Assembly (NCBI GenBank): GCA_977020255.1
Contig: CDROCS010006559.1
Location: 1-64,000 of the forward strand
Direction: 5' to 3'
DNA length: 64,000 nucleotides
DNA from: Obrimoposthia wandeli
Taxonomy: Eukaryota
Shown: positions 10,744 through 19,858 of the stretch, in pieces
How positions within the stretch are numbered: the stretch's first letter is position 1
Layout of the letters: every line of letters starts with the position of its first letter
Notes under the pieces: model-generated
Seen by the model: the letters and a program-made list of their open reading frames with translations, nothing else
Told to the model about the DNA's origin: nothing
The model's database searches: none
Position numbers and translations under genes: made by a program

Positions 10744-12255
10744 GTGAATATGGATTTTGAAATAATCAGTAGTGATATCTGTACTGTTGAAACACAATGC
10801 CTAGTTGTAGGCATCAGCGCACAAGGCACTCTGACGCCATCAGCCAGTTTATTGGATAGCACATCCAAAGGCTGTATTACGCAAGTGCTTGAAGATGGCG
10901 ACATCAGCGGCAAGCTGGGACAGACCTTAATACTGCGTAATTTGCCCGGTGTCAGCGCTACGCGGGTCATGTTACTTGGCATAGGTGAAGAAGATAAGCG
11001 CAGTGATATGGCGCATAAGAAGATCATCAAAGCATTGATGAACCAAGCTAAAGCAATCAACTTGACCGATCTTACTCTCGCATTCGATACCCAAGCGAGC
11101 AAGGGCGATGACGTCTACCGTCAAATGCGCCTCTCTACTCAAATCGCCAGTGCTGAACTCTATAAGTACGATGAGACCAAAAGCGAGAAAGCACCAACAC
11201 CCACTCTAAAATCAGTTGCTTTTGTTGTTGAAGAAGCACAAAGAGATGATGCTGAAGCCGGTATTCTTGATGCTACCGCCGTCGCTAATGGCATCACCGT
11301 TGCTCGTGAATTGGGCAACTTGCCGGGTAACATTTGTACACCAAGCTACCTCGCTCAAGAAGCACGTGAATTAGCACAAGGTTATGACAGTGTTAGCTGT
11401 GAAATTTTAGGTGAGGCCGAGTTAGCTGAATTAGGCATGCACTGCTTGCTTTCAGTTGGCAACGGCAGTATCGAAGAATCACAGCTCATCGTGATGAATT
11501 ATCAAGGTGGCGAAGCCGATGAACGCCCTCACGTTCTCGTTGGTAAAGGCATTACATTTGATACAGGCGGTATCTCCCTCAAGCCTGGCGGCGCCATGGA
11601 TGAAATGAAGTTTGACATGTGCGGTGCGGCAAGCGTTTTCGGTACGATGCAAGCGATTGCTGAAATGGAACTACCGATGAATGTTATCGGTGTTGTTGCC
11701 GCTGCTGAAAACATGCCCAGTGATCGCGCAACTAAACCGGGCGATGTAGTCACTACGCTTTCCGGCAAAACGGTAGAAGTACTCAACACTGATGCAGAAG
11801 GTCGCCTCGTTTTATGTGATGCCCTAACCTACGTTGAGCGTTTTAACCCTAAAACCGTTGTTGATATCGCCACTCTCACTGGCGCTTGTATTGTTGCCTT
11901 AGGCCACCACGCCTCTGGTTTACTTTCAAACAATGATCACCTAGCTAACGAGCTGATTGAAGCGGGTGAATACGCTGCCGATAGAGCTTGGCGTTTACCT
12001 TTATGGGATGAATACCAAGAACTTTTAGACAGCAACTTTGCTGACATTGGTAACATTGGTGGACCGTCTGCCGGCACTATCACCGCCGCTTGCTTCCTCT
12101 CTCGTTTCACTCAAAGTTACGCTTGGGCACATTTAGACATTGCAGGCGTGGCGTGGGAGAAAGGCGCGGCTAAAGGAGCAACGGGACGTGCAGTACCTAT
12201 CCTTTGCCAGTATTTGATGAACACAGCAGCGGACTTGATTAGCGAAGCTGAGTAG
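10744..12255 (+). CDS. pepA: Leucyl aminopeptidase PepA (M17)
   Basis: GKGITFDTGGISLK, MKFDMCGAA, NTDAEGRL, HLDIAG motifs. Confidence 0.96.
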   Translation: MNMDFEIISSDICTVETQCLVVGISAQGTLTPSASLLDSTSKGCITQVLEDGDISGKLGQTLILRNLPGVSATRVMLLGIGEEDKRSDMAHKKIIKALMNQAKAINLTDLTLAFDTQASKGDDVYRQMRLSTQIASAELYKYDETKSEKAPTPTLKSVAFVVEEAQRDDAEAGILDATAVANGITVARELGNLPGNICTPSYLAQEARELAQGYDSVSCEILGEAELAELGMHCLLSVGNGSIEESQLIVMNYQGGEADERPHVLVGKGITFDTGGISLKPGGAMDEMKFDMCGAASVFGTMQAIAEMELPMNVIGVVAAAENMPSDRATKPGDVVTTLSGKTVEVLNTDAEGRLVLCDALTYVERFNPKTVVDIATLTGACIVALGHHASGLLSNNDHLANELIEAGEYAADRAWRLPLWDEYQELLDSNFADIGNIGGPSAGTITAACFLSRFTQSYAWAHLDIAGVAWEKGAAKGATGRAVPILCQYLMNTAADLISEAE

Positions 12256-12261
12256 TCGTCA

Positions 12262-12717
12262 ATGAAAAGAGCGGATTTTTATATCCTTGCGGCGGCTGAT
12301 GAAGACAGCCGCCAGCAATTTCTAGCAAAACTCTGCCAGCGTATTCTCAACGCTGGGCATCGGCTCTATCTCTACTGTGAAGACGAGTTCAGCGCCCAGC
12401 GTAGCAGCGACTTACTTTGGGACTTCCAAGCGCAAAGCTTTCTTGCCAATCAACTGGCATCGCAGCAAGGTGATGCACCTATCACTCTTGGATGGCCGCA
12501 GCAGCACACCCCGACACATCGCGATGTTATTATAAACTTAACTCAGAGCATTCCTCAGCTTGCTGCTGAATTTGAGCGCATTGCCGAGATTGTCATTCAA
12601 CAACCGGAAATTTTGCAAGGTAGCCGTGAACGCTACCGTGAATATCGTCAGCGTGGCTTCGAAATCCAACACAACGACATGCGTAAACCCAAGCCTGGGC
12701 CCACCGCTCAGAGATAA
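12262..12717 (+). CDS. holC: DNA polymerase III chi subunit
   Basis: ADFYIL start, SFLAN, IINL, RERYREY; pepA-holC-valS order. Confidence 0.9.
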   Translation: MKRADFYILAAADEDSRQQFLAKLCQRILNAGHRLYLYCEDEFSAQRSSDLLWDFQAQSFLANQLASQQGDAPITLGWPQQHTPTHRDVIINLTQSIPQLAAEFERIAEIVIQQPEILQGSRERYREYRQRGFEIQHNDMRKPKPGPTAQR

Positions 12718-12898
12718 ACTAACTTTCCCTTCTGAGCACTGTCATCCACTGCACAGGCAAGGTATAATTTTTCCCTTTTTTGCATATGCGCCCTACTATT
12801 AAAGAAGCGGCGCGATAGCGTTAATATTTATCGTCATCCGCCTGAAACTTGACATACATTGAGTTGCGGACACACTTTACCTGTTTGAGAAACCACCA

Positions 12899-15754
12899 AT
12901 GGATAAGACTTACCAACCCGCCGCGATTGAAACTGCCTGGTACCAGAAATGGGAAGAGAACAACTACTTTGCCCCCAGCGGTGAAGGTGAAGCTTACTCA
13001 GTTATGATCCCGCCGCCAAACGTCACTGGCAGCTTGCATATGGGTCATGCTTTTCAGCACACTATCATGGATACATTGATACGCCATCAACGCATGTTAG
13101 GGAAAAACACCCTGTGGCAAGTGGGCACCGATCACGCTGGTATCGCCACGCAAATGGTCGTCGAGCGCAAACTTGCCGCTGAGACAGGCCAAACACGTCA
13201 CGATCTAGGGCGCGATGCGTTTATCGATAAGATCTGGGAGTGGAAAGAAGAGTCAGGCGATAACATTACTCGCCAAATGCGCCGTTTAGGCAACTCCGTC
13301 GATTGGGAAAACGAAGCCTTTACCATGGACCCCAATTTTCAGGCATCTGTGGAAGAAGTGTTTATCCGTCTCTATGACGAAGGACTTATCTATCGTGGCA
13401 AGCGGTTGGTTAACTGGGATCCAAAACTGCATACCGCCATTTCTGACTTAGAAGTTGAAAGTCGTGAAGTAAAAGGGAAGATGTGGTATTTACGCTACCC
13501 CTTAGCAGATGGTGTCACAACGGATGCCGGTGATAACTTTATCGTGGTTGGTACCACCCGCCCTGAAACAATGTTTGGCGACACGGGCATCGCGGTAAAC
13601 CCTGAAGATGAGCGCTTCCAAAGTATCGTTGGCAAAGAAGTCATTCTACCCTTAGTAGGACGCCGTATCCCTATTGTTGCCGATGAACACGCTGACATAG
13701 AAAAAGGGACGGGTTGTGTGAAAATAACCCCGGCTCACGACTTTAATGATAACGAAGTTGGCAAGCGCCAACAGTTACCAATGATCAACGTTCTCACCTT
13801 TAATGCTGATATTCGCGAAGTCGGCCAAGGCTTTAATTTTGACGGAACACTCAACAGCGAAATAGATTGCAACATTCCAGAGCAGTTTCAAGGTATGGAG
13901 CGCTTCGCAGCAAGACGTGCTGTAGTTGCTGAATTTGAAGCTCAGGGATTACTGGTCAAAGTTGAAGAAAACAACATGACTATCCCCTACGGCGATCGTG
14001 GTGGTGTGGTTATAGAGCCGATGCTCACTGATCAATGGTTTGCCGATGCAAAAACACTGGCTAAGCCTGCCATTAAAGCCGTTGAAGAGGGCGATATAAA
14101 ATTCGTTCCCAAGCAATACGAAAATATGTTCTTCGCCTGGATGAACAACATTCAAGATTGGTGTATTTCACGCCAGCTCTGGTGGGGACATCGTATTCCC
14201 GCTTTTTACGATCAAAATGGCAAGGTATATGTCGCCTCTGATGAAGCGGCGGTGCGTGAAAAATACCAACTCGGTCAAGAGATAGTTCTGACACAAGATA
14301 ATGATGTATTAGACACTTGGTTCAGTTCAGGTCTTTGGACGTTTGGCACATTGGGCTGGCCAGCACAGACGGAGCGTCTTAACATGTTCCATCCGACCGC
14401 CACACTGGTCACTGGCTTCGACATCATCTTTTTCTGGGTTGCCCGCATGATGATGATGACGATGCATTTAGTGAAGGATGAAAATGGCAAGCCACAAGTC
14501 CCCTTCAAAACAGTCTATGTAACAGGTTTAGTACGAGACGAAAACGGCGATAAAATGTCGAAATCCAAAGGTAATGTATTAGACCCTCTGGACATGATTG
14601 ACGGTATCAGCCTAGAAGATTTACTCGCCAAACGTACTGGCAATATGATGCAGCCTCACCTGGCAGAGAAGATCCGCAAACGCACCGAGAAAGAATTCGC
14701 AGACGGGATCAGCGCACATGGCACTGACGCTCTGCGCTTTACCTTAGCAGCGCTCGCCTCTACCGGTCGTGATATTAACTGGGACATGAAGCGCCTAGAA
14801 GGTTACCGTAACTTCTGTAATAAAATATGGAATGCGGCTCGGTACGTACAAATGAGTACTGAAGGCGAAGATTGCGGTTGCAACGATGAAAGTGTTGAGC
14901 TATCGCTAGCCGATCGCTGGATCAGCAGTAAACTGCAGCAGATCGAAATCGACGTCAGCAAAAACTTAGCTGAATTCCGTATTGATTTGGCCGCTCAAAC
15001 CCTCTATGACTTCATCTGGAATGAATATTGTGGTTGGTATCTAGAGCTTTCAAAACCTGTTTTATGGGATGAAAATTCGAGCGCTGAAGCCAAGCGAGGC
15101 ACACGTCGTACTTTGGTACGCGTACTCGAAGTTATTCTTCGCCTAACCCATCCGATCATGCCATTTATCACTGAAGAGATATGGCAATCAATCAAAGACA
15201 ACGCCGGGGTTAGCGGTGAAACTATTATGCTGCAGTCTTACCCTGTTGCCGATAGTAGTAAAATCGATACCGAAGCAGAGCATGATATCGAATGGTTAAA
15301 AGGGGTTATTACCGGCGTTCGAAACATCCGTGGGGAAATGGGCATCTCCCCTGCTAAAGAACTGACCGTACTCATCAATAATGGTAGCTCTAGCGATTTA
15401 GCGCGCCTGCAAGCAAACCAGAACTTCTTGATGAAACTGGCATCGCTCAGTGAAATCACCTGGCTAAGTAGCGGCGAAGAAGCACCTATGTCTGCGACTC
15501 AACTCGTTGGCGAGATGGAAATACTGGTGCCAATGGCTGGCTTGATAGATAAGGATGCTGAAATTACCCGCTTGGGTAAAGAGATTGAAAAACTCAGTAA
15601 AGATGCTGCACGTATCGAAGGCAAGCTGAGTAATGAAAAATTTGTCGCCAATGCGCCTGACGAAGTAGTTGCTAAGGAGCGTGACAAAATCGCAAAAATC
15701 CAATCGGCAAAAACTAAACTAGAAGAGCAGCAGAGTAAGATAGCCGCTCTTTAA
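12899..15754 (+). CDS. valS: Valyl-tRNA synthetase
   Basis: [13 protein letters not shown] and KMSKS motifs, C-terminal coiled-coil arm. Confidence 0.98.
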   Translation: MDKTYQPAAIETAWYQKWEENNYFAPSGEGEAYSVMIPPPNVTGSLHMGHAFQHTIMDTLIRHQRMLGKNTLWQVGTDHAGIATQMVVERKLAAETGQTRHDLGRDAFIDKIWEWKEESGDNITRQMRRLGNSVDWENEAFTMDPNFQASVEEVFIRLYDEGLIYRGKRLVNWDPKLHTAISDLEVESREVKGKMWYLRYPLADGVTTDAGDNFIVVGTTRPETMFGDTGIAVNPEDERFQSIVGKEVILPLVGRRIPIVADEHADIEKGTGCVKITPAHDFNDNEVGKRQQLPMINVLTFNADIREVGQGFNFDGTLNSEIDCNIPEQFQGMERFAARRAVVAEFEAQGLLVKVEENNMTIPYGDRGGVVIEPMLTDQWFADAKTLAKPAIKAVEEGDIKFVPKQYENMFFAWMNNIQDWCISRQLWWGHRIPAFYDQNGKVYVASDEAAVREKYQLGQEIVLTQDNDVLDTWFSSGLWTFGTLGWPAQTERLNMFHPTATLVTGFDIIFFWVARMMMMTMHLVKDENGKPQVPFKTVYVTGLVRDENGDKMSKSKGNVLDPLDMIDGISLEDLLAKRTGNMMQPHLAEKIRKRTEKEFADGISAHGTDALRFTLAALASTGRDINWDMKRLEGYRNFCNKIWNAARYVQMSTEGEDCGCNDESVELSLADRWISSKLQQIEIDVSKNLAEFRIDLAAQTLYDFIWNEYCGWYLELSKPVLWDENSSAEAKRGTRRTLVRVLEVILRLTHPIMPFITEEIWQSIKDNAGVSGETIMLQSYPVADSSKIDTEAEHDIEWLKGVITGVRNIRGEMGISPAKELTVLINNGSSSDLARLQANQNFLMKLASLSEITWLSSGEEAPMSATQLVGEMEILVPMAGLIDKDAEITRLGKEIEKLSKDAARIEGKLSNEKFVANAPDEVVAKERDKIAKIQSAKTKLEEQQSKIAAL

Positions 15755-15774
15755 TTAGGTTTGCATCTTTAAAG

Positions 15775-15799
15775 AACCCGAGCACTGCTCGGGTTTTTT
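15775..15799 (+). terminator. valS intrinsic terminator
   Basis: AACCCGAGC-act-GCTCGGGTT followed by TTTT. Confidence 0.85.
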
Positions 15800-15937
15800 A
15801 TGCACTATAGTCCACCAAATTAGCGATAATGTCCTTGTGTTTTTATTTCCAATATTTATACTGAAGATGAATTTAAAATAAACAAATGATTTTTTGATAC
15901 CTTAATTACCGCTAAACGCGGAAAGAGGGAGTTCAAA

Positions 15938-16270
15938 ATGTTAACTCTTTTATCGACATACCATCTCCTTAAAAATCACCGACCCGTTATATTTACCCTA
16001 CTTGGATTTAGCTTAATGACAGCTAATATCACTGAAGCTACCCAACGTGAAAACGGCTGCAAGACACAAAAAAAAGGTGGATTTTTTACCTTATCTGCCA
16101 ATCAAATTATAAAAAATACATCACAAAAAAACAAAGACCATCAGCCTACTCTGACTAATAGCTTAGATGACAGCCCACTAAACACTCAAGGCATTACAGA
16201 GGCTGAAAGCATTAAGATTGTCGCTGGGAAAATACTTCTCACTACACACCCCGCGAAAACCTGTAAGTGA
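15938..16270 (+). CDS. Hypothetical protein, possibly secreted
   Basis: 110 aa ORF filling an intergenic space with a strong RBS (GAGGGAG, 6 nt before ATG); no recognisable motif. Confidence 0.45.
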   Translation: MLTLLSTYHLLKNHRPVIFTLLGFSLMTANITEATQRENGCKTQKKGGFFTLSANQIIKNTSQKNKDHQPTLTNSLDDSPLNTQGITEAESIKIVAGKILLTTHPAKTCK

Positions 16271-16281
16271 TTAGATTATTC

Positions 16282-18054
16282 TCATTTTGACACTAGCATT
16301 AAAGGGAAATCAGAGCCTGCCTCTAATGCATTCACCGCTTGTGGGCAATTAATCACTAGAGAGTTCCCAGTGATGCTTTTAGCGGCTAGCTTCAACGGTG
16401 AAAGTGAATTGAACACCTCAAAATGCCCTTTAGCTTGCTGAGCACTCACCTCAATCGCTGCCACAGAGAGCGAGACAATAGGGTGAAAACGCAGTTCACC
16501 ATAGCGATCAACACTACTGAAGCCACCTGCATCCACATGCTCTGAACAGTACAACTGCGTCACGCTCTGTTTGAAATGATCACAAATATCCGTCACTCTT
16601 TGACGCCAGTTTTCACTCGCCCACAGTGCAAGGAAGTCATCGCCCCCTATATGCCCAATAGTATCTTTCGCTGACATTGAAAATTTTTGCAGGCTCTGAC
16701 TCAAGGCAAGTATGATTTTATCCCCCTTGGCAAAGCCATAGACATCATTAAAGGGCTTAAAGTTGTCTATATCAAAATGGCTGACAATGAAGTCATTATT
16801 ACTTGCTACCAAATCATCAATACAGTCATTCATAGGAATCAGACCAGGCAATTGGGTCAATGGGTTGGCGTGTCGCGCTTGGCTCATTTGTAATTCAGTG
16901 ACCTGCCGCAACAAATCAATAACACGCCCTATTCCCATAAAGCGCCCACTATCAGTGATCACAAAATCATTTTCTTGATGACTGCGCGCTCTAGAAGTCA
17001 CCAAGCGACTCACCTGCTCAATACTTAGGCCTGCATCAACATTAAGCGGTACTTCATGTAGTGACGCCTCGCCAATCTGCTTGTGAGAATAGAGTTCACG
17101 TCCAAAGTTTTGGCTTAACTTCCCCAACAACTGCGTGCGTTGAACTAAACCTACCACCTGTTCTCCTTGTAAAATGGCTATTGAATTGATACTCGGTCTA
17201 TCTTGGAACACTCGCGCCACCTCTGCCACCGACTGGCTCGTTGTGATAGAGACTTTGTGCACGCATAAATTTTTTGCCCGTACCGTTAGGTTATTATTGT
17301 GCTCTTTTAATCTGGCACTATTATCAATACTGTGAGGTGGATATTGCTGTGGGCGGCAGAAGAAATAACCTTGAAAGTAATCGACACTTAACTGATTGAG
17401 ATACTCAAATTCAGCTTCCGTCTCAACCCCCTCAGCAATCACTTTGCACTGCATCGATTTTGCAATTTCAACAAACGAGCGAACAAACTCCTGTTTGGTG
17501 GTATCTAAATCAATATCTTGAATAAAATGACGGTCGATCTTAACAAACTCAGGTCTTGTCTTTGACCAGAGTCGCAAAGAAGAGTAACCGGCACCAAGAT
17601 CGTCTAGTGCGATTGATAGCCCCATATTCTGGTAGTAACGCAATGCATTAAGTAATAAAGTTTCATCACTGCTGGGATACTGCTCCGTTAGCTCTATCAC
17701 TATTTTCGAGCGATCTAACGAAAAGCTATCTAGTAGCTCTAGGGTCTTTCCTTTTTGATGGTTACTCTGTTCTAGTGTCTCTGGGGTGACATTGATAAAC
17801 AACTTGCCGGGTAGTTTTTGCTCAATAAAACCGCGAACCGCACTCGCTCGACACAGGGACTCCACTTCACTTAATAGCGCATATTGTCTTGCATACTCAA
17901 ACAGTTGAGTCGGGGAATGTAAGGGGCTATCCGAAGGGCCGCGACTGAGCGCTTCATAGGCAAATATTTCACCGTTGTATTTATCAACGATCGGCTGATA
18001 AAGGGTGGTAATCAGTTTGCTCTCAATTATTTTATGTAGCTCATTTCTCATCAA
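16282..18054 (-). CDS. EAL-CBS-GGDEF c-di-GMP signalling protein
   Basis: YEALSRGP, DDLGAGYSS, IAEGVET; CBS-like middle region; ANPLTQLPG, DIDNFKPFND, HIGGDDF. Confidence 0.9.
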   Translation of the reverse strand: MMRNELHKIIESKLITTLYQPIVDKYNGEIFAYEALSRGPSDSPLHSPTQLFEYARQYALLSEVESLCRASAVRGFIEQKLPGKLFINVTPETLEQSNHQKGKTLELLDSFSLDRSKIVIELTEQYPSSDETLLLNALRYYQNMGLSIALDDLGAGYSSLRLWSKTRPEFVKIDRHFIQDIDLDTTKQEFVRSFVEIAKSMQCKVIAEGVETEAEFEYLNQLSVDYFQGYFFCRPQQYPPHSIDNSARLKEHNNNLTVRAKNLCVHKVSITTSQSVAEVARVFQDRPSINSIAILQGEQVVGLVQRTQLLGKLSQNFGRELYSHKQIGEASLHEVPLNVDAGLSIEQVSRLVTSRARSHQENDFVITDSGRFMGIGRVIDLLRQVTELQMSQARHANPLTQLPGLIPMNDCIDDLVASNNDFIVSHFDIDNFKPFNDVYGFAKGDKIILALSQSLQKFSMSAKDTIGHIGGDDFLALWASENWRQRVTDICDHFKQSVTQLYCSEHVDAGGFSSVDRYGELRFHPIVSLSVAAIEVSAQQAKGHFEVFNSLSPLKLAAKSITGNSLVINCPQAVNALEAGSDFPLMLVSK

Positions 18055-18242
18055 TTAATCGCCTTTTATCGCTAACGTCTCTGTAGCTAGGTGGAGTAAA
18101 CCTATTTAATGAAAGTAATGTGACGATTTAATGACATTGAATTATATTATTGAGTGATGCTTATAGATTAGAACAATAAATATATAGTGATTAATATTTA
18201 CTATATGATGGCATCCCACGACTCTTACTTTGACTGATATTC

Positions 18243-19103
18243 ATGCGTATATTTATTTTCACCGCCCTCCAATTGTTGTGTTGTATAAACTACAGCTATG
18301 CCGCCTCTTCTGTCTGGAAAATTGAATCAGCAGCACAAACCCTCTATCTTGGCGGCACGATTCATTTACTCAAAAGCAGTGACTACCCCCTACCACCTGA
18401 ATACAATCAAGCATTTATTAAAAGTAACATCGTTGTTTTTGAAACAGATCTTGGCTTATTAGATACGATAAAAGGCAAAAAACTAATAACAAATACACTA
18501 ATAGCGCAAGACGGCCGCCGTCTGACAGATATATTATCAAGCCCTGTTCTCAGCACATTGCAATCCAAGCTAGCCGACTACAACTTCACATTGGCGCAAT
18601 TCAATCCATACAAACCAGCCATGGCGGCCTTATCTTTGCAACTTGCCGAGCTTGCGAGGCTTGGGGTTGACAGTGAAGGCATAGACGCCCACTACTATCA
18701 ACGCTCGCTCGCTGCCGGCAAAAAGATAATTGGCTTGGAAACGCTGCAACAACAAGCTACCTTTATCAGTGCAATGGGGGAAGCTGACCCTGAAGCCTTT
18801 ATCAGCCAAACCTTAGCAGAGCTACAAGATATTGATCAGTACTATGAACAAATAGTCAGTGCTTGGCGTAACGGTAACCTCGAAGACCTAAATGAGCGAC
18901 TGGTAAAAGAGTACGCTGAGAATTATCCACAGCAGTATCAACAACTGATTGTTGTGCGTAATAACAACTGGATGCCTATTATCGAAGATCTGCTCAAGCG
19001 CAAAGATAACGCCTATGTACTAGTAGGCTTAGCGCATCTGGTAGGAAAGAAAGGCTTATTACAACAATTAGAAGATAAGGGTTTTAAAGTCAGCCAACTC
19101 TGA
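18243..19103 (+). CDS. TraB/GumN family protein
   Basis: Signal peptide, YLGGTIHLL, GLETLQQQ, RNNNW, VGLAHLVG. Confidence 0.88.
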   Translation: MRIFIFTALQLLCCINYSYAASSVWKIESAAQTLYLGGTIHLLKSSDYPLPPEYNQAFIKSNIVVFETDLGLLDTIKGKKLITNTLIAQDGRRLTDILSSPVLSTLQSKLADYNFTLAQFNPYKPAMAALSLQLAELARLGVDSEGIDAHYYQRSLAAGKKIIGLETLQQQATFISAMGEADPEAFISQTLAELQDIDQYYEQIVSAWRNGNLEDLNERLVKEYAENYPQQYQQLIVVRNNNWMPIIEDLLKRKDNAYVLVGLAHLVGKKGLLQQLEDKGFKVSQL

Positions 19104-19160
19104 ATTGTCTAAAAACAACTGATTCATTACAATCTAGGAATGACTAAGAGATGCTTCACT

Positions 19161-19190
19161 CCATCGCCTTCTTTCACAGGCGATGGGTTT
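19161..19190 (+). terminator. Hairpin/terminator downstream of the TraB/GumN gene
   Basis: CCATCGCC-ttctttcaca-GGCGATGG followed by GTTT. Confidence 0.5.
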
Positions 19191-19300
19191 GACTCTTGTG
19201 AGAAACACAAAAGCTTGTTGAATGAGCAAGCTCGCCGATAAGCCGACCTCCCTTTGACAAGAGTGTCGTGGACAGCCATTCATCGCCCTTTTCTACGGAC

Positions 19301-19337
19301 AAAAAAATACCCAGCCAGTTTGCACTAGCTGGGTATT
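19301..19337 (-). terminator. Second copy of the rnpB terminator (in the repeat)
   Basis: AATACCCAGCTAGT-GCAA-ACTGGCTGGGTATT followed by a T tract; one U.G wobble relative to the first copy. Confidence 0.88.
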
Positions 19338-19420
19338 CTGGATGAGTGAGTTCACCGATAAGCCGCTTTCATCGAGGTAAGAGTGTCGTGGACAGTCATT
19401 TATCGCTCTTTTCTACGGAC

Positions 19421-19457
19421 AAAAAAATACCCAGCTAGTTTGCACTAGCTGGGTATT
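19421..19457 (-). terminator. rnpB intrinsic terminator
   Basis: 14-bp stem AATACCCAGCTAGT/ACTAGCTGGGTATT, GCAA loop, T tract. Confidence 0.92.
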
Positions 19458-19463
19458 CTGGAT

Positions 19464-19635
19464 GAGTGAGTTCACCGATAAGCCGGGTTCTGTCGTGGAC
19501 AGTCATTCATCTGGATAATATGTCGCCATATACCTCAAGCGACCTACCCGAACCCACCACGGGTCGCGGCACGCGGGTTCCTATTTGGTCTTGCTCCGAG
19601 TGGGGTTTACCTTGCCACAACATGTTGCCATGTGT

Positions 19636-19670
<35 letters not shown>

Positions 19671-19815
19671 GGCATCCGAAGATGCTTAGGCGGTCTTCTC
19701 TCTGCTGCACTTGCCGTCGGCTCACGCCGCCCAGACGTTATCTGGCACTCTACCCTTTGGAGCCCGGACTTTCCTCCACTGTGCGAACACAGCAGCGACT
19801 GTCTGGCGAACTCGG
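19464..19815 (-). ncRNA. rnpB: RNase P RNA (type A)
   Basis: Minus strand carries GAGGAAAGTCCGGGCTC, AGTGCAGCAGAGAG, AGGGTGAAAGGGTGCGGTAAGAGCGCACC, GAGCAAGACCAAATAGG and ACAGAACCCGGCTTATCGG; 5' GAGTTCGCC pairs with 3' GGTGAACTC; lies just downstream of rsmI. Confidence 0.98.
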
Positions 19816-19858
19816 CGCGGACTATAACAGTATAATCTTGTAGATGCTATTGCTAATA

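Larger units (their letters stand above)
19221..19510 (-). repeat. Tandem 120-bp direct repeats duplicating the rnpB 3' end plus terminator, each with a copy-specific insert
   Basis: 19259-19365 vs 19379-19485 differ at 4 of 107 nt. A third, partial copy lies at 19221-19245. The segment between AGCCG and TGTCGTGGAC is 5 nt in rnpB but 18 nt in each copy. Confidence 0.95.

Noticed and set aside
19221-19510. CRISPR array interpretation of the repeat/variable-insert pattern
   Set aside because: The repeat is ~107 nt and derived from rnpB plus its terminator, the variable part is only 13 nt, there are only two inserts, and no cas genes are present
19466-19843. ORFs 19466..19843 and 19632..19835 (+)
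   Set aside because: They lie antisense to the RNase P RNA gene and are shadow ORFs
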